From the NCBI GenBank assembly GCA_027451965.1, contig DAIDHJ010000001.1, positions 23,639-87,638 of the forward strand: a DNA stretch of 64,000 nt, in the 5' to 3' direction. The stretch is from Candidatus Adlerbacteria bacterium (GTDB lineage Bacteria; Patescibacteriota; Minisyncoccia; Phycocordibacterales; SBAW01). Positions 21,377-34,491 of the stretch are shown piece after piece. The number at the start of each line of letters is the position of its first letter. Position 1 is the first letter of the stretch. Both the position numbers and the translations under genes were made by a program. The notes under the pieces are model-generated. The model saw nothing but the letters and a program-made list of their open reading frames with translations. It searched no databases and was not told the DNA's origin.

Positions 21377-22039
21377 CTATTTCTTTACTACCTGCTTGTG
21401 TGAGAGCGTTTCCAATGCGCTTTTCGGATCACTGATGATGAGATACTTGCTGCTCAATACAGAAACCGGATTGAGATTTCGTACGTCTGTAACATCGACA
21501 CTGCCGATGTTGCGGAAGCTTTTCTGTGTTGTTGCGTGCGTGCCAGGAAGTGCGAGCAATGCAGCATTGCGGGATTTATTCAGTTTTGGAAACTCTTTTG
21601 CCAGAGCAGTAAGTACCTGCTTTGCTTGCTTGGTCTTTGGTGCTTCCAGTTGCAGTGCTTCTACAAAGATAAGCTCGCCATCCTTCGCTTTGCGAGAAAG
21701 TGCTACGAGCAAGGCCTTCTGGCGCATTTTTTGATTTATCTTTCGTTCGTAGCTCTTTTCATTGCGAGGACCATGCGACACACCTCCTCCTTTCCAAATA
21801 GGCGAACGGCTAGATCCGTGGCGGGCTCGGCCCGTACCTTTTTGACGCCATGGCTTCTTGCCGCCGCCGCGTACTTCTCCTCGATCCTTGGTATGTGCAG
21901 TACCCATGCGTGCATTTCCCTGCATTGAGGTTACTACCTGGTGCACAAGATCACCGTTCCAAGGCAACCCGAAAATAGTTTCTGGCAGATCCAGAGTGCC
22001 TGTTTTTTCGCCGCGTATGTTGTAAATAGGTGTATTCAT
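21377..22039 (-). CDS. rplD: 50S ribosomal protein L4
   Basis: 220 aa, GTGRARHGSSRSPIWKGGG. Confidence 0.9.
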   Translation of the reverse strand: MNTPIYNIRGEKTGTLDLPETIFGLPWNGDLVHQVVTSMQGNARMGTAHTKDRGEVRGGGKKPWRQKGTGRARHGSSRSPIWKGGGVSHGPRNEKSYERKINQKMRQKALLVALSRKAKDGELIFVEALQLEAPKTKQAKQVLTALAKEFPKLNKSRNAALLALPGTHATTQKSFRNIGSVDVTDVRNLNPVSVLSSKYLIISDPKSALETLSHKQVVKK

Positions 22040-22046
22040 AATAGTT

Positions 22047-22670
22047 TTATCCGCGTACTTCTACCAAGGTGCCTCGACGGCCCGGGATGGCGCCGCGCAG
22101 CACGAGCTCGTTTGTTTCCGGATGCACTTGCAACACCGCAAGATTGCGTACAGTCACTCGATCGCTACCCATGCGACCTGCCATGCGCATGCCTTTGGCA
22201 ACGCGTCCTCCTGCTCGACCGCCGCCTCCTCCGATAGATCCTGGCGCGCGTTCAGAATGTTTCTGACCGTGTGAGCGTGGACCGCCATGGAAACCATGAC
22301 GCTTCACTACTCCCTGGAATCCCTTTCCTTTTGAAATAGCTGAAACAGTCACTTTATCACCAACGATAAATGCAGAAATATCGATGGTGTTACCTACTGC
22401 AACATCTTCAGGTAGAGTGTTATCTCGAGTTCGATATTCTCGAAAATGACGGAGTGCCTTGCCTTTGGCATGACCGAGTTGTGCCTTCGTTACGTGGTGT
22501 TCTTTTGTTTCTCCTGCGCCAATCTGCACCGCGTTATAGCCGTCCTTTTCCACTGTTTTTATCTGTGAGACGAGTGCTGGTGCAGCAGTAATGACTGTTG
22601 CTGCATGAGCGCGACCGTCTTCAGTAAAAACGGTGAGCATGTGGCCTTTTGTACCAAGAATAAATTTCAT
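22047..22670 (-). CDS. rplC: 50S ribosomal protein L3
   Basis: Start at MKFILGTKGHMLTVFTEDG, aligning with the L3 N-terminus. The ORF track extends 12 codons further upstream. Confidence 0.9.
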   Translation of the reverse strand: MKFILGTKGHMLTVFTEDGRAHAATVITAAPALVSQIKTVEKDGYNAVQIGAGETKEHHVTKAQLGHAKGKALRHFREYRTRDNTLPEDVAVGNTIDISAFIVGDKVTVSAISKGKGFQGVVKRHGFHGGPRSHGQKHSERAPGSIGGGGGRAGGRVAKGMRMAGRMGSDRVTVRNLAVLQVHPETNELVLRGAIPGRRGTLVEVRG

Positions 22671-22746
22671 GTTGTCTATTGGTCCGCCGAAGCGTACATG
22701 GATCAACTATATTGCCGCCCGAGGGGCAAAATATAGAGTCCAAAGC

Positions 22747-22774
22747 ACTATACCAAAGGATAGGTAAAACGCAA
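22747..22774 (-). promoter_or_regulatory. candidate sigma70-type promoter for the rplC operon (TTGCGT-16 nt-TATAGT)
   Basis: Read on the minus strand, just downstream of the upstream terminator and about 75 nt upstream of the rplC ATG. A palindrome CTATATT...AATATAG flanking GCCCCTCGGGCGGC lies in the 5' UTR. Confidence 0.45.
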
Positions 22775-22780
22775 CGGTAT

Positions 22781-22812
22781 AAAAAGAAAGGGCTTACCTA
22801 CGTGGTAAGCCC
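22781..22812 (-). terminator. intrinsic terminator (9-bp GC-rich stem GGGCTTACC/GGTAAGCCC, then TTTCTTTTT on the minus strand)
   Basis: Hairpin overlaps the stop codon of the 88-aa ORF and separates it from the rplC promoter. Confidence 0.7.
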
Positions 22813-23064
22813 GGACAGTATTGCTCCGATTCGGGTGATACGAGTATCTCCTTGTGGAGTGGTCTCTTCTACTCCACAGAGAGGGTACGTCAGATCGCTG
22901 TAGAGCTGTTTTTCCAGCTGAGATGTCGCTTCATCGGAAAACGAGCTTTTGGTAAGAACCTCACGCGTTCTCGTTGCCTTGTATCTCGATATCCCTTCTA
23001 ACAACCCGGGAGTGTCGAGTAACGTTTGAATCCGAGAGCGCAATTCCAGTGCAGTAGCCAACAT
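22798..23064 (-). CDS. hypothetical protein (88 aa); not recognisable as S10
   Basis: Intact ORF ending inside a terminator hairpin. No motif match to rpsJ, which would normally occupy this position. Confidence 0.3.
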   Translation of the reverse strand: MLATALELRSRIQTLLDTPGLLEGISRYKATRTREVLTKSSFSDEATSQLEKQLYSDLTYPLCGVEETTPQGDTRITRIGAILSGLTT

Positions 23065-23115
23065 GCACTCTCCTTTCTGAGAGAGAAAATATAATACAAT
23101 TATAGTTGTGTCAAG

Positions 23116-24033
23116 CTATTTCTTTCCCCTCTTCCCCGGTTTGCGCTGCACTCGCTCCCACACCACCAGCAATGGACACGCAAGAAGCATGGATGAATAG
23201 GTACCGGCGATCATACCGACCGTGAGCGTCAATGCGAATGTTTTTGTTGACGCAGGTCCAAGGAAGTAAAGGGCGAGAAGCATGATAACCACCGTCAACG
23301 ACGTATTGATGGAACGCGCGAGCGTCTGCATGATGCTGTGCCCCACCACCTGACTGAATGATTCTTCTTTGTGGCGCTCTTCATTGCGGCGAAGATTTTC
23401 ACGAATGCGGTCAAACACCACGATCTTGTCATTGATAGAAATACCGAAGATAGTCAGGAGCGCCACGATGAACAGTGAGTCGATTTCAGCACCCGTAAGG
23501 TGACCTAGGAGAGCAAATACACCAACCGGAATCAATACGTCGTGGAGCAACGTCACGATAGCAACTACCCCATATTTCCAGGAAGCAACTGGCTTTGAGA
23601 CTTGCCGAAATGCGAAGGCAATAAAGATGATGATACAGAGGATCACCAGTCCAAATGCGATCAACCCCTTTTGGAGCAGTTCGGCCCCTATGGAAGGTCC
23701 GATTGAGGTAAACGACTGCTCCTGTATAGGACCGAGCGTAGCAAGCGCGGTTTCAAGTGATTGTTTCTGATCCGGCGAGAGGAATTGCAGGCGAAGAATA
23801 TATGCATTGGCATCAGTCGGCTGTACCATCACTGCGCCGAATCGGAGTGGAGCAATGGCTGTTTGTATTTGTTCTACGCTAGGAACAGTTTGCGTATAGG
23901 CTATTTGTAGCTGCGAGCCACCTACAAGATCAATACCTAACTTGGGAGGCCATACCACCAAGGCGATAATCGCCAGTATCGAGAATACCGCTGGAATAAT
24001 AAACAGAAAATTATTGTAACGTTGCATATTCAT
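23116..24033 (-). CDS. secF: protein-export membrane protein SecF
   Basis: 305 aa; C-terminal six-TM SecD/F fold directly downstream of secD. Confidence 0.85.
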   Translation of the reverse strand: MNMQRYNNFLFIIPAVFSILAIIALVVWPPKLGIDLVGGSQLQIAYTQTVPSVEQIQTAIAPLRFGAVMVQPTDANAYILRLQFLSPDQKQSLETALATLGPIQEQSFTSIGPSIGAELLQKGLIAFGLVILCIIIFIAFAFRQVSKPVASWKYGVVAIVTLLHDVLIPVGVFALLGHLTGAEIDSLFIVALLTIFGISINDKIVVFDRIRENLRRNEERHKEESFSQVVGHSIMQTLARSINTSLTVVIMLLALYFLGPASTKTFALTLTVGMIAGTYSSMLLACPLLVVWERVQRKPGKRGKK

Positions 24034-24038
24034 ACGGG

Positions 24039-25367
24039 TTATCGGATACCAGAACGCATCAAAAAACGACCGAACTTGGAATCAGCACGGACACCAAGAG
24101 CCAAGAGGAACGTGCGGGAAATAGTGATAGCTGAAAGCAGTGAGACAAATACGCCCAGTCCAAATACCAGCGCGAATCCTCGAATGATAGAAGTGCCCAT
24201 CCAGAACAGAATGACAGCGGCAATGAGGTGGGCCGTATTGGAATCACGAATAGCGCTCCACGCACGTGAGAATCCTTCTCGAATCGCCTCAGAAGAACTG
24301 CGTCCCTCTTGTAGCTCTTCCTTCATGCGTTCAGCGATAAGGATGTTTGCATCAACCGCCAGACCGACTGAAAGAATGAATCCTGCAATGCCTGCTGCGG
24401 TAAGCACCACGGGAATCAACTTGAATAGCACGAGCATGAGAATAACGTAAATGGCGAGTGATACCACTGCCACTAATCCCGGCAGGCGGTACCACAAGAG
24501 CATAAAGAGTGCCAGCGCCAAAAATCCGACCAATGCTGCCAACATGCCCGCGCGGAGCGCGTCAGAGCCGAGCGTAGCTCCGATACTTTGTGAACTGACG
24601 AGATGAATAGGTACTGGCAGAGCACCGAGATTAAGATTTGTAGCAAGATCTTTCGCCTGCTGTGCAGTGAAGTTTCCAGAAATAATGGCAGTTCCGTTGT
24701 CTATTTTGTCTTGAATGACCGGAGGGGGGTTGGTAATAAGATTGCCATCCAGGAAAATAGCGAGTTCATGTCCGACATTCGCATCGGTAATTTGTGAGAA
24801 CAATGCGGTACCTTGCGCATTAAACATGAGTTTTACCACCGGCTGTGCGGCCGCAATACCCGTGCCATTTCCAAATTGCAGCTGTGCGCCAGAAAGATAT
24901 GCACCGGTGAGTCCGGTATCTTCAAATGCGGCGGGATTGGGGTTGCCAAGCGCATCAGTGGTGGACGCTTCATATCCTGGCTTTACCAATTTGAATTCAA
25001 GTAACGGTGTTTGCCCGATACGGTTGATTGCATCGGTAATATTCGTAACTCCAGGAAGTTCAACGATGAGACGGTGGTCACCATTTCCAAGTGCTCCCCC
25101 TTGTTCAAGAGCAACTACTGGTTCTGCTACTCCAAATGCGTTTACACGGCGTTCAATGACGCTCTGCAGTGCAGTGAGCGAATCTTGTACTTCGTTCTGA
25201 GGAAGATTGCTAGTATCTGCGCTATAGGTGAGTTCCGTACCACCGGAAAGATCGAGACCAAGCTTGAAGGTGAACGGGTTCCCGGAGGTGTTGGTTTTGA
25301 ACACAAAAAAGCCGAGAGCAAGCGCTGCGGCAAGAATAAGGATGGCGGCGTATCGTACTGCGAACAT
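24039..25367 (-). CDS. secD: protein-export membrane protein SecD
   Basis: 442 aa, N-terminal TM segment, periplasmic domain, C-terminal six-TM bundle. Confidence 0.85.
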   Translation of the reverse strand: MFAVRYAAILILAAALALGFFVFKTNTSGNPFTFKLGLDLSGGTELTYSADTSNLPQNEVQDSLTALQSVIERRVNAFGVAEPVVALEQGGALGNGDHRLIVELPGVTNITDAINRIGQTPLLEFKLVKPGYEASTTDALGNPNPAAFEDTGLTGAYLSGAQLQFGNGTGIAAAQPVVKLMFNAQGTALFSQITDANVGHELAIFLDGNLITNPPPVIQDKIDNGTAIISGNFTAQQAKDLATNLNLGALPVPIHLVSSQSIGATLGSDALRAGMLAALVGFLALALFMLLWYRLPGLVAVVSLAIYVILMLVLFKLIPVVLTAAGIAGFILSVGLAVDANILIAERMKEELQEGRSSSEAIREGFSRAWSAIRDSNTAHLIAAVILFWMGTSIIRGFALVFGLGVFVSLLSAITISRTFLLALGVRADSKFGRFLMRSGIR

Positions 25368-25388
25368 GGCGCGGATTATAGCTTAGCT

Positions 25389-26207
25389 TCACAAAGAAGG
25401 CAAAAGCGTGTTGCCAGCCAGGGAGAACAGATTTTTAAACAATTCGACCACAGCAATAGGGCCGATTCCTCCCGGAACAGGCGTAAATAATACTGCTTTT
25501 GCAGCGCAGGCCGGATCAGCATCCCCTACCACCTTCCCTTGCATCTCACTGGCGCCGGCATCAAGGATAATGACACCTTCTTTAATCATAGAAGGTATGA
25601 GCAACCCCGGAGAGCCAGCTCCTAATATGATGATATCTGCCAGAGGCGCCTGCTGTGCTACTGCTTCTGAAGTGTTTGCAGTCATCGGCGTGATACCGCG
25701 CTGCTTGAGCCATTGCTGCACTGGTGCGCCAACCAGCCTTCCTTGTCCCACGACAAGTATCTGTTTATCGGGCAATGAAATCTGCTCACGGTTGAGTATC
25801 TCTTCCATGGCGGCCGGGACAGGAGAAAGTACCTGTCGAGCCCCTTCTGTTCCAATGCCATCAACGTCTTTTTCCGCAGGGAGCGCTGCAAGTATCGTTT
25901 CAGTAGCAATATGCGGAGGGAGTGGTAATTGCACGATTACCCCATGTGTCTGTGTAATGAGTTTTTGTAGTGCTAAAAGTGCATCCTGAGTAGTGTGCTC
26001 GTCACTGAGTTCTTCGCAATACACTTCAACCGCTAAACGTGCTGCAACGCGTTTTTTGATGCGTACAAACGAAGCGACTGCCGCATCTCCCCCGCTCATG
26101 AGTACCCCTAATCGTATTGAGGGAACGGCAGGTCGTTGTGCCAGAAGCGTACCAAGTAATTCTTCCGCTATGTGTTTTCCATCAACCACCATTCCTTTAT
26201 TATGCAT
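25389..26207 (-). CDS. folD: bifunctional methylenetetrahydrofolate dehydrogenase/methenyl-THF cyclohydrolase
   Basis: 272 aa. The motif TPVPGGIGPIAVVELF corresponds to the FolD VPGGVGPMT signature. Confidence 0.85.
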   Translation of the reverse strand: MHNKGMVVDGKHIAEELLGTLLAQRPAVPSIRLGVLMSGGDAAVASFVRIKKRVAARLAVEVYCEELSDEHTTQDALLALQKLITQTHGVIVQLPLPPHIATETILAALPAEKDVDGIGTEGARQVLSPVPAAMEEILNREQISLPDKQILVVGQGRLVGAPVQQWLKQRGITPMTANTSEAVAQQAPLADIIILGAGSPGLLIPSMIKEGVIILDAGASEMQGKVVGDADPACAAKAVLFTPVPGGIGPIAVVELFKNLFSLAGNTLLPSL

Positions 26208-27546
26208 TTCCTCTGATCAGCAGCCGGCGAATGGTTTGTACTGCAATAACAAGGTCAAGCGTGAGAGAACGATGTTTGAGATAGTACAAGTCATAGGCAA
26301 GCTTCATTTTTGTCGCCTCGACGTCCGTACCATGATGCGGATCCGCATGATAGTGCAGCTGTGCCCATCCTGATAATCCCGGCTTGATAAGATTTCGCGC
26401 TCCATAATATGGAATGACACTCTCATATTGTGTGACGAGCGCGGGCAATTCCAGACGTGGACCGATGAGAGAAAGATTGCCACCGAGCACATTCCACAAT
26501 TGGGGTAGCTCATCAAAACGCCACGCGCGTAAGAAACGCCCTACTTTTGTTACACGCAAAGTGGTAGCACCATTCACGTAATGCCCGTTATCATTTCCAG
26601 ACATGCTGCGAAACTTATAAATGTGCACCAGCACGTTATTTTTTCCTACTCGATCTTGTGCAATGAATATAGGAAATCCATCTTCCAGAAGAATGGCGAG
26701 TGCGATAAACGGATAGAACACGAGCGATACACAAGCCAGTACAAACCCTGCCAGTATATCGATGGCCATTTTAGTGAAATCGTAGAGGATGCGTGAATAA
26801 GAAGATACATGCTGTGCAAGCCAGGTGTCATTGATATGGGAGAGCGGTACCCGTCCGAACACTTCTTCATACAATGCGGATGCATCAAAGAAACATATGC
26901 CTTGTGCAAGCAAGTTATAGAGGGAAGGAAACGCAGCATCAACCCGTTTTTCGCTGAAATCTGCGATAACAAAGCGCGGTTTGTATTCTGCCAATGCATT
27001 CGCGATTGCCGACGATAATGTTTCTTGGGAAGGAGTGATGACAGCGGCAATATATGCCAAGGCATGCGGTGCACCTCGCAAAGCCTGTACCAGTTCTTCA
27101 ACTTCCTTTCCTTCTCCTACTACGATTGCACTTTCCCTGACCTGGAGTCCTAAACGAGGAAACAGAAACACGCGCCAGCACAGCACCAGAAAAAAAGAGA
27201 CGATAAGATAGATAAGCAGGACCGTCTTAGGAGTAACGCCGAAAATCGGTACGAAGAAAAAGAATAATGCCGCGATCAATGTGTTGACTATTTGTGCGAT
27301 GAGAAGTGTTATAGAAAGCGTGCGGCGCGGAAAAATAACGGAACGGCTTTCATACAACCCCGCAATGAAAAAAACCCCTACGGAAAGAATCGCAAGGAAT
27401 AGAAACGGAAACGCGTATGCTGCAAGCAGCGCCGTGCCGGGAATTTGGAACGCTCGTAAAAAAAGCGACAGCCAAAGCGAGAAGCCTAAGAAAAAGATAT
27501 CTCCCAGAAACAGCACCATCAGGCGTGGACGAAATACAGTTTTCAT
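26200..27546 (-). CDS. polyprenyl-phosphate sugar-phosphate transferase (bacterial sugar transferase family, WbaP/WcaJ-like)
   Basis: Multi-TM N-terminus plus a C-terminal catalytic domain with DELPQLWNVLGGNLSLIGPRLELP. Confidence 0.85.
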   Translation of the reverse strand: MKTVFRPRLMVLFLGDIFFLGFSLWLSLFLRAFQIPGTALLAAYAFPFLFLAILSVGVFFIAGLYESRSVIFPRRTLSITLLIAQIVNTLIAALFFFFVPIFGVTPKTVLLIYLIVSFFLVLCWRVFLFPRLGLQVRESAIVVGEGKEVEELVQALRGAPHALAYIAAVITPSQETLSSAIANALAEYKPRFVIADFSEKRVDAAFPSLYNLLAQGICFFDASALYEEVFGRVPLSHINDTWLAQHVSSYSRILYDFTKMAIDILAGFVLACVSLVFYPFIALAILLEDGFPIFIAQDRVGKNNVLVHIYKFRSMSGNDNGHYVNGATTLRVTKVGRFLRAWRFDELPQLWNVLGGNLSLIGPRLELPALVTQYESVIPYYGARNLIKPGLSGWAQLHYHADPHHGTDVEATKMKLAYDLYYLKHRSLTLDLVIAVQTIRRLLIRGNA

Positions 27547-27573
27547 GGAACGCGTACATAGTACAACAACTTT

Positions 27574-28731
27574 ATGAAAAGGAAAGTTCTCTTTGTTATC
27601 ACTAAATCAAACTGGGGCGGCGCACAGCGGTATGTATTTGATATCGCAACTGCTATTGCAGATACTTATACCTGTGTAGTGGCGCTCGGCGGAACAGGAA
27701 CACGGAACGCTCCGGCAGGTCTTCTTGCTAGCGCTCTTGAGCAGGCAGGGATTCGTACGGTGCAGATAAATGCATTCATGCGCAATATTTCCCTTCCACA
27801 GGAATTGCGCGCTTTTTTTGAATTACGGCGACTGTTTCTGAAAGAAAAACCAGACGTGGTGCATCTCAACAGTTCAAAAGCAGGAGGACTCGGCGCTCTC
27901 GCCGCACGGTTCGCCCACGTACCTACTATTGTATTTACGGCGCATGGACTGCCCTATGAAGAAGATCGCCCTTTCCTACAAAAAGGAATCATCTTCTATG
28001 TGACTTGGTGCACTTTTCTTCTTGCGACACACGTCATCGCCATAGCCGAGCCGCACTATGCGGCAATCCGCCGCATGTGGGGATGCAAGAAAAAGGTGGT
28101 ATTGATACACAATGGCATTCCCCCGCTTTCCTATGTTCCCCGAGAGGAAGGGAGAAAAGAGCTTGCCACTCGTGCATTCACTGCACTACCTCCGCAGACC
28201 GTATGGATCGGCTGTATTGCGGAGTATACGAAAAATAAAGGCCTTCTCTACTTAGTGGATGCAGTGCATCAGCTGCGCCAGCAGAACACGCTAGTCGCCC
28301 TGTTTCTTATCGGAGAAGGAGAGGAACGCCGCCGATTAGAGCAACATATTGAACACTTGCAGGCGCAGCAGTATGTATTTTTATGCGGGTTCATGGAACA
28401 GGCATACCGATACACTCCGAGTTTTGATCTCATGGTTCTTCCTTCACTCAAAGAAGGGCTTCCCTACACACTCCTTGAAGCAGGGCAAGCAGGAGCCGCT
28501 GTCGTAGCAAGTGCTGTGGGCGGCATACCGGACATCATTGAACAGCGGGTATCCGGATTGCTCTGTGAACCGAAGGATACCGAAGCTCTTGCCCGTGCAC
28601 TGGATATACTCGTGAAAAACACCCCACTGAGAGAGACTTATATTGCAAACCTGCAGCACAAAGTGAAAGAAGCCTTCTCATTGACTACCATGGTGGCGAA
28701 AACAGTGGCACTCTATTCAACTACGTCGTAG
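27574..28731 (+). CDS. glycosyltransferase family 4
   Basis: 385 aa, MKRKVLFVITKSNWGGAQRY..., C-terminal ..LEAGQAGAAVVASAVGGIPDII. Confidence 0.8.
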   Translation: MKRKVLFVITKSNWGGAQRYVFDIATAIADTYTCVVALGGTGTRNAPAGLLASALEQAGIRTVQINAFMRNISLPQELRAFFELRRLFLKEKPDVVHLNSSKAGGLGALAARFAHVPTIVFTAHGLPYEEDRPFLQKGIIFYVTWCTFLLATHVIAIAEPHYAAIRRMWGCKKKVVLIHNGIPPLSYVPREEGRKELATRAFTALPPQTVWIGCIAEYTKNKGLLYLVDAVHQLRQQNTLVALFLIGEGEERRRLEQHIEHLQAQQYVFLCGFMEQAYRYTPSFDLMVLPSLKEGLPYTLLEAGQAGAAVVASAVGGIPDIIEQRVSGLLCEPKDTEALARALDILVKNTPLRETYIANLQHKVKEAFSLTTMVAKTVALYSTTS

Positions 28732-29879
28732 CCTCCGGAAAATTCTTTCTGCAGATGTGCGCGCGGCGCGGCGCGGGCATATCGGCGTTGTGCAGAAACA
28801 ATACCAAGAGATAGAAATTCGGTGACCAGGTGCGAGCCTCCGTAACTCATGAATGGCACGGTAGTTCCAGTCACGGGCAGAATTCCCATATTGATACCTA
28901 CATGGAGTATGAAGTGTGCCAGGAAATAAGAGAGTACTCCCCACGCAAAGAACATTTCAAAATTAGAGGCTCCGCGCATGGCAGAGGCGGCGACTCGGAA
29001 AAAAATAATTCCATACAAAGCAAATACGATGAGAATACCTATGAATCCCCATTCCTCAGAAAATGCCGCAAAAATAAAGTCCGTTTGGTATTCTGGTAAA
29101 AAACGCAATCTGCTCTGCGTACCGTATCCGATACCCTTACCAAGCAGTTGTCCCGACCCCACAGCGATAGTGGACTGGTATGCGTTATACCCTGCCCCGT
29201 GTATATCGCCCGCCGGATTGATAAAGGTGAGAATACGTTCACGTTGATAGGTATGGAATCCAAAAAACCATAATCCGGTAAACGCTATCGTTCCTATGAG
29301 TATCACCGCAAGCAAGTGCGTTTTGGACATACCAGAAAAAAGCACCATGCTTAGCCATATGAGAAATACAATAATTGCTCCACCAAAATCAGGCTGTAGC
29401 GCTACAAGCACAAAGACAATCATGGTGTATGCCAGAGACACCAGAATGTGACGAGTGTTGCGTATTTCAATATGCCGACGCGAGAAATATTTTGCCAGCA
29501 CGATGATAAGCGCCAGCTTTGCGAACTCCACCGGCTCAATACCAAGGCCGCCCAGTACGAACCAGCTTTTCGCTCCCTTTACTGCTCGTCCGAGAATCAA
29601 TAGAAATATCAAGGGAATGACAAACAAAGCATACAACCCTGCCGCCACGCCGCTGCGCCGTAAAAATCGCCAATCGACGTTGCTTGCAGCAAAAAATACA
29701 ATAAGGCTGAACACGATCCAGGCGCTCTGTCGTACAAGAAAAGGATCGTTTCCTGTAAAGGAACTCATAGTGAGCAGTCCGATGATACTCAAGGTGACTG
29801 CCGCACCAAGCGCAATCCAATCTACGGAATCGGTGTATCGCTTACCAACGGAGACAATGCTGGAGACAAAAGTAGACAC
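28713..29879 (-). CDS. SEDS-family peptidoglycan glycosyltransferase (FtsW/RodA/SpoVE)
   Basis: 388 aa, 10 TM segments, conserved FSEEWGFIG and PVTGTTVPFMSYGGS regions. Confidence 0.85.
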   Translation of the reverse strand: MSTFVSSIVSVGKRYTDSVDWIALGAAVTLSIIGLLTMSSFTGNDPFLVRQSAWIVFSLIVFFAASNVDWRFLRRSGVAAGLYALFVIPLIFLLILGRAVKGAKSWFVLGGLGIEPVEFAKLALIIVLAKYFSRRHIEIRNTRHILVSLAYTMIVFVLVALQPDFGGAIIVFLIWLSMVLFSGMSKTHLLAVILIGTIAFTGLWFFGFHTYQRERILTFINPAGDIHGAGYNAYQSTIAVGSGQLLGKGIGYGTQSRLRFLPEYQTDFIFAAFSEEWGFIGILIVFALYGIIFFRVAASAMRGASNFEMFFAWGVLSYFLAHFILHVGINMGILPVTGTTVPFMSYGGSHLVTEFLSLGIVSAQRRYARAAPRAHLQKEFSGGYDVVE

Positions 29880-29881
29880 GA

Positions 29882-30652
29882 TTAAAAGGAAGGGAGAAGA
29901 GTAATTTCTGCATGGGTAACCGACGGAGCGCTTTGTGGCCAGGTAAAGACCACTGTTTGAGACGCGTGCGAAGGGAGCGATGTGATGAGACTTTTAGATG
30001 CCGCAATAGCGACATCATGTGCGTCAAACAGCACAGCAACCGCCGTTAAATTCGTAACTGGAATTAAGGAATTATTGGTAACCGTTGCAGAAAGGCGCGT
30101 ACCATCAGGGGCAAGGGTTTCATCGGCAAGAGAAAGGGCGGGCAAATCTTGCGCCGGCACGATGTTCCATGTCGGTGTTTGCGAAAAAGAGAATAGCGTG
30201 CGCGCAACGGTACGTTTTCCGGTATCTATGCCGGTTTCTACGATAGGAATGGTTTGTACGGGCGGCAAATCGGTCACTCCTGAATGCTCAAGAATAAGCG
30301 AATTGTTTGCATCGAAGAACTGGAATGAGTACTGTACACTTTTTGCACCGCCTCCTACATTCGTATTTTCTACATATGCTGCGGCAGTGTAGAGTGTACC
30401 CCCGTCAGTACTGCTTGCCACCGGAAACGCTCTGGACCAAAGCACTATGGGATCATGTGCCTGGTTTGCGCAGATGCGCGCACATGAGCCGCCACAATCT
30501 ACTCCCGTTTCTGTGCCATCCTGTCTCCCATCGAAACAGGTAGGTGCGGTATTGAAAAAAAACAGATAGGAAGCCGTCAAAGCGACGCTGATCACTATGA
30601 CTGAAACAGAAATATAGAGTATTTTTCTCTGCGTTCCCCATCCCACGCTCAT
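29882..30652 (-). CDS. hypothetical membrane-anchored/secreted protein with a Cys-rich N-terminal segment
   Basis: N-terminal TM helix, then CFDGRQDGTETGVDCGGSCARICANQ. No recognised domain. Confidence 0.5.
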   Translation of the reverse strand: MSVGWGTQRKILYISVSVIVISVALTASYLFFFNTAPTCFDGRQDGTETGVDCGGSCARICANQAHDPIVLWSRAFPVASSTDGGTLYTAAAYVENTNVGGGAKSVQYSFQFFDANNSLILEHSGVTDLPPVQTIPIVETGIDTGKRTVARTLFSFSQTPTWNIVPAQDLPALSLADETLAPDGTRLSATVTNNSLIPVTNLTAVAVLFDAHDVAIAASKSLITSLPSHASQTVVFTWPQSAPSVTHAEITLLPSF

Positions 30653-30709
30653 AAGTGCCTCAATCCTACCACAGAAATTAGGTGATTTTTATATATATTT
30701 AGACTCTCT

Positions 30710-30828
30710 ACTCTGGCGGCTAGCTACTCTCCCCCACAAGGAGTACCATCGCCGCTGGTGAGCTTAACTTCCGTGTTCGGAATGAGAACGGGTGTTTCCC
30801 CACCGCCAAACCACCAGAGTAGAATTTC
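30710..30828 (-). rRNA. rrf: 5S rRNA
   Basis: Reverse complement reads TCTGGTGGTTTGGCGGTGGGGAAACACCCGTTCTCATTCCGAACACGGAAGTTAAGCTCACCAGCGGCGATGGTACTCC...GCCGCCAGAG. Helix I pairs. Confidence 0.9.
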
Positions 30829-30862
30829 TAAACCAACAACAAATTATTGCGATACTCAAGCC

Positions 30863-34136
<3,274 letters not shown>

Positions 34137-34444
34137 GTTTCTCTCTCATTTGCAGAGAAAGAAGCTTAAGAACCGCAATAATTTGTTGTTGTGTATGTTT
34201 TCTTACCTACCCATTTCCATACCCCGCAAGACCCACCTGAGCAAGATATGTAATGGCATGTAATTTTCAAAGGACGGGGTGCTGTTAGAAATGAAAAAGC
34301 CGCTTCGTTTGCAGAAGCGGCGCTTCAGTAAGCATGATGCTTACCGTCTCCGCTTCGTTGGCTTCTTCGTAAGTAACATACCCTGTGACAGAGAGTATAC
34401 GGGAGTGCACAGGTCGTGTCAAATTCACCTCTCTATCCCATACA

Positions 34445-34470
34445 AAATGCCCCGGCTAGCGGGGCATTTT
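34445..34470 (-). terminator. candidate bidirectional intrinsic terminator
   Basis: 6-bp GC stem GCCCCG/CGGGGC flanked by A- and T-tracts, immediately downstream of the 229-aa membrane protein gene and upstream of the 23S leader. Confidence 0.5.
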
Positions 34471-34491
34471 GATACCTATCGTTTTCAATGA

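Noticed and set aside
22798-23064. Tested whether the 88-aa ORF upstream of rplC is ribosomal protein S10
   Set aside because: No resemblance to the conserved S10 sequence. Kept only as a low-confidence hypothetical.
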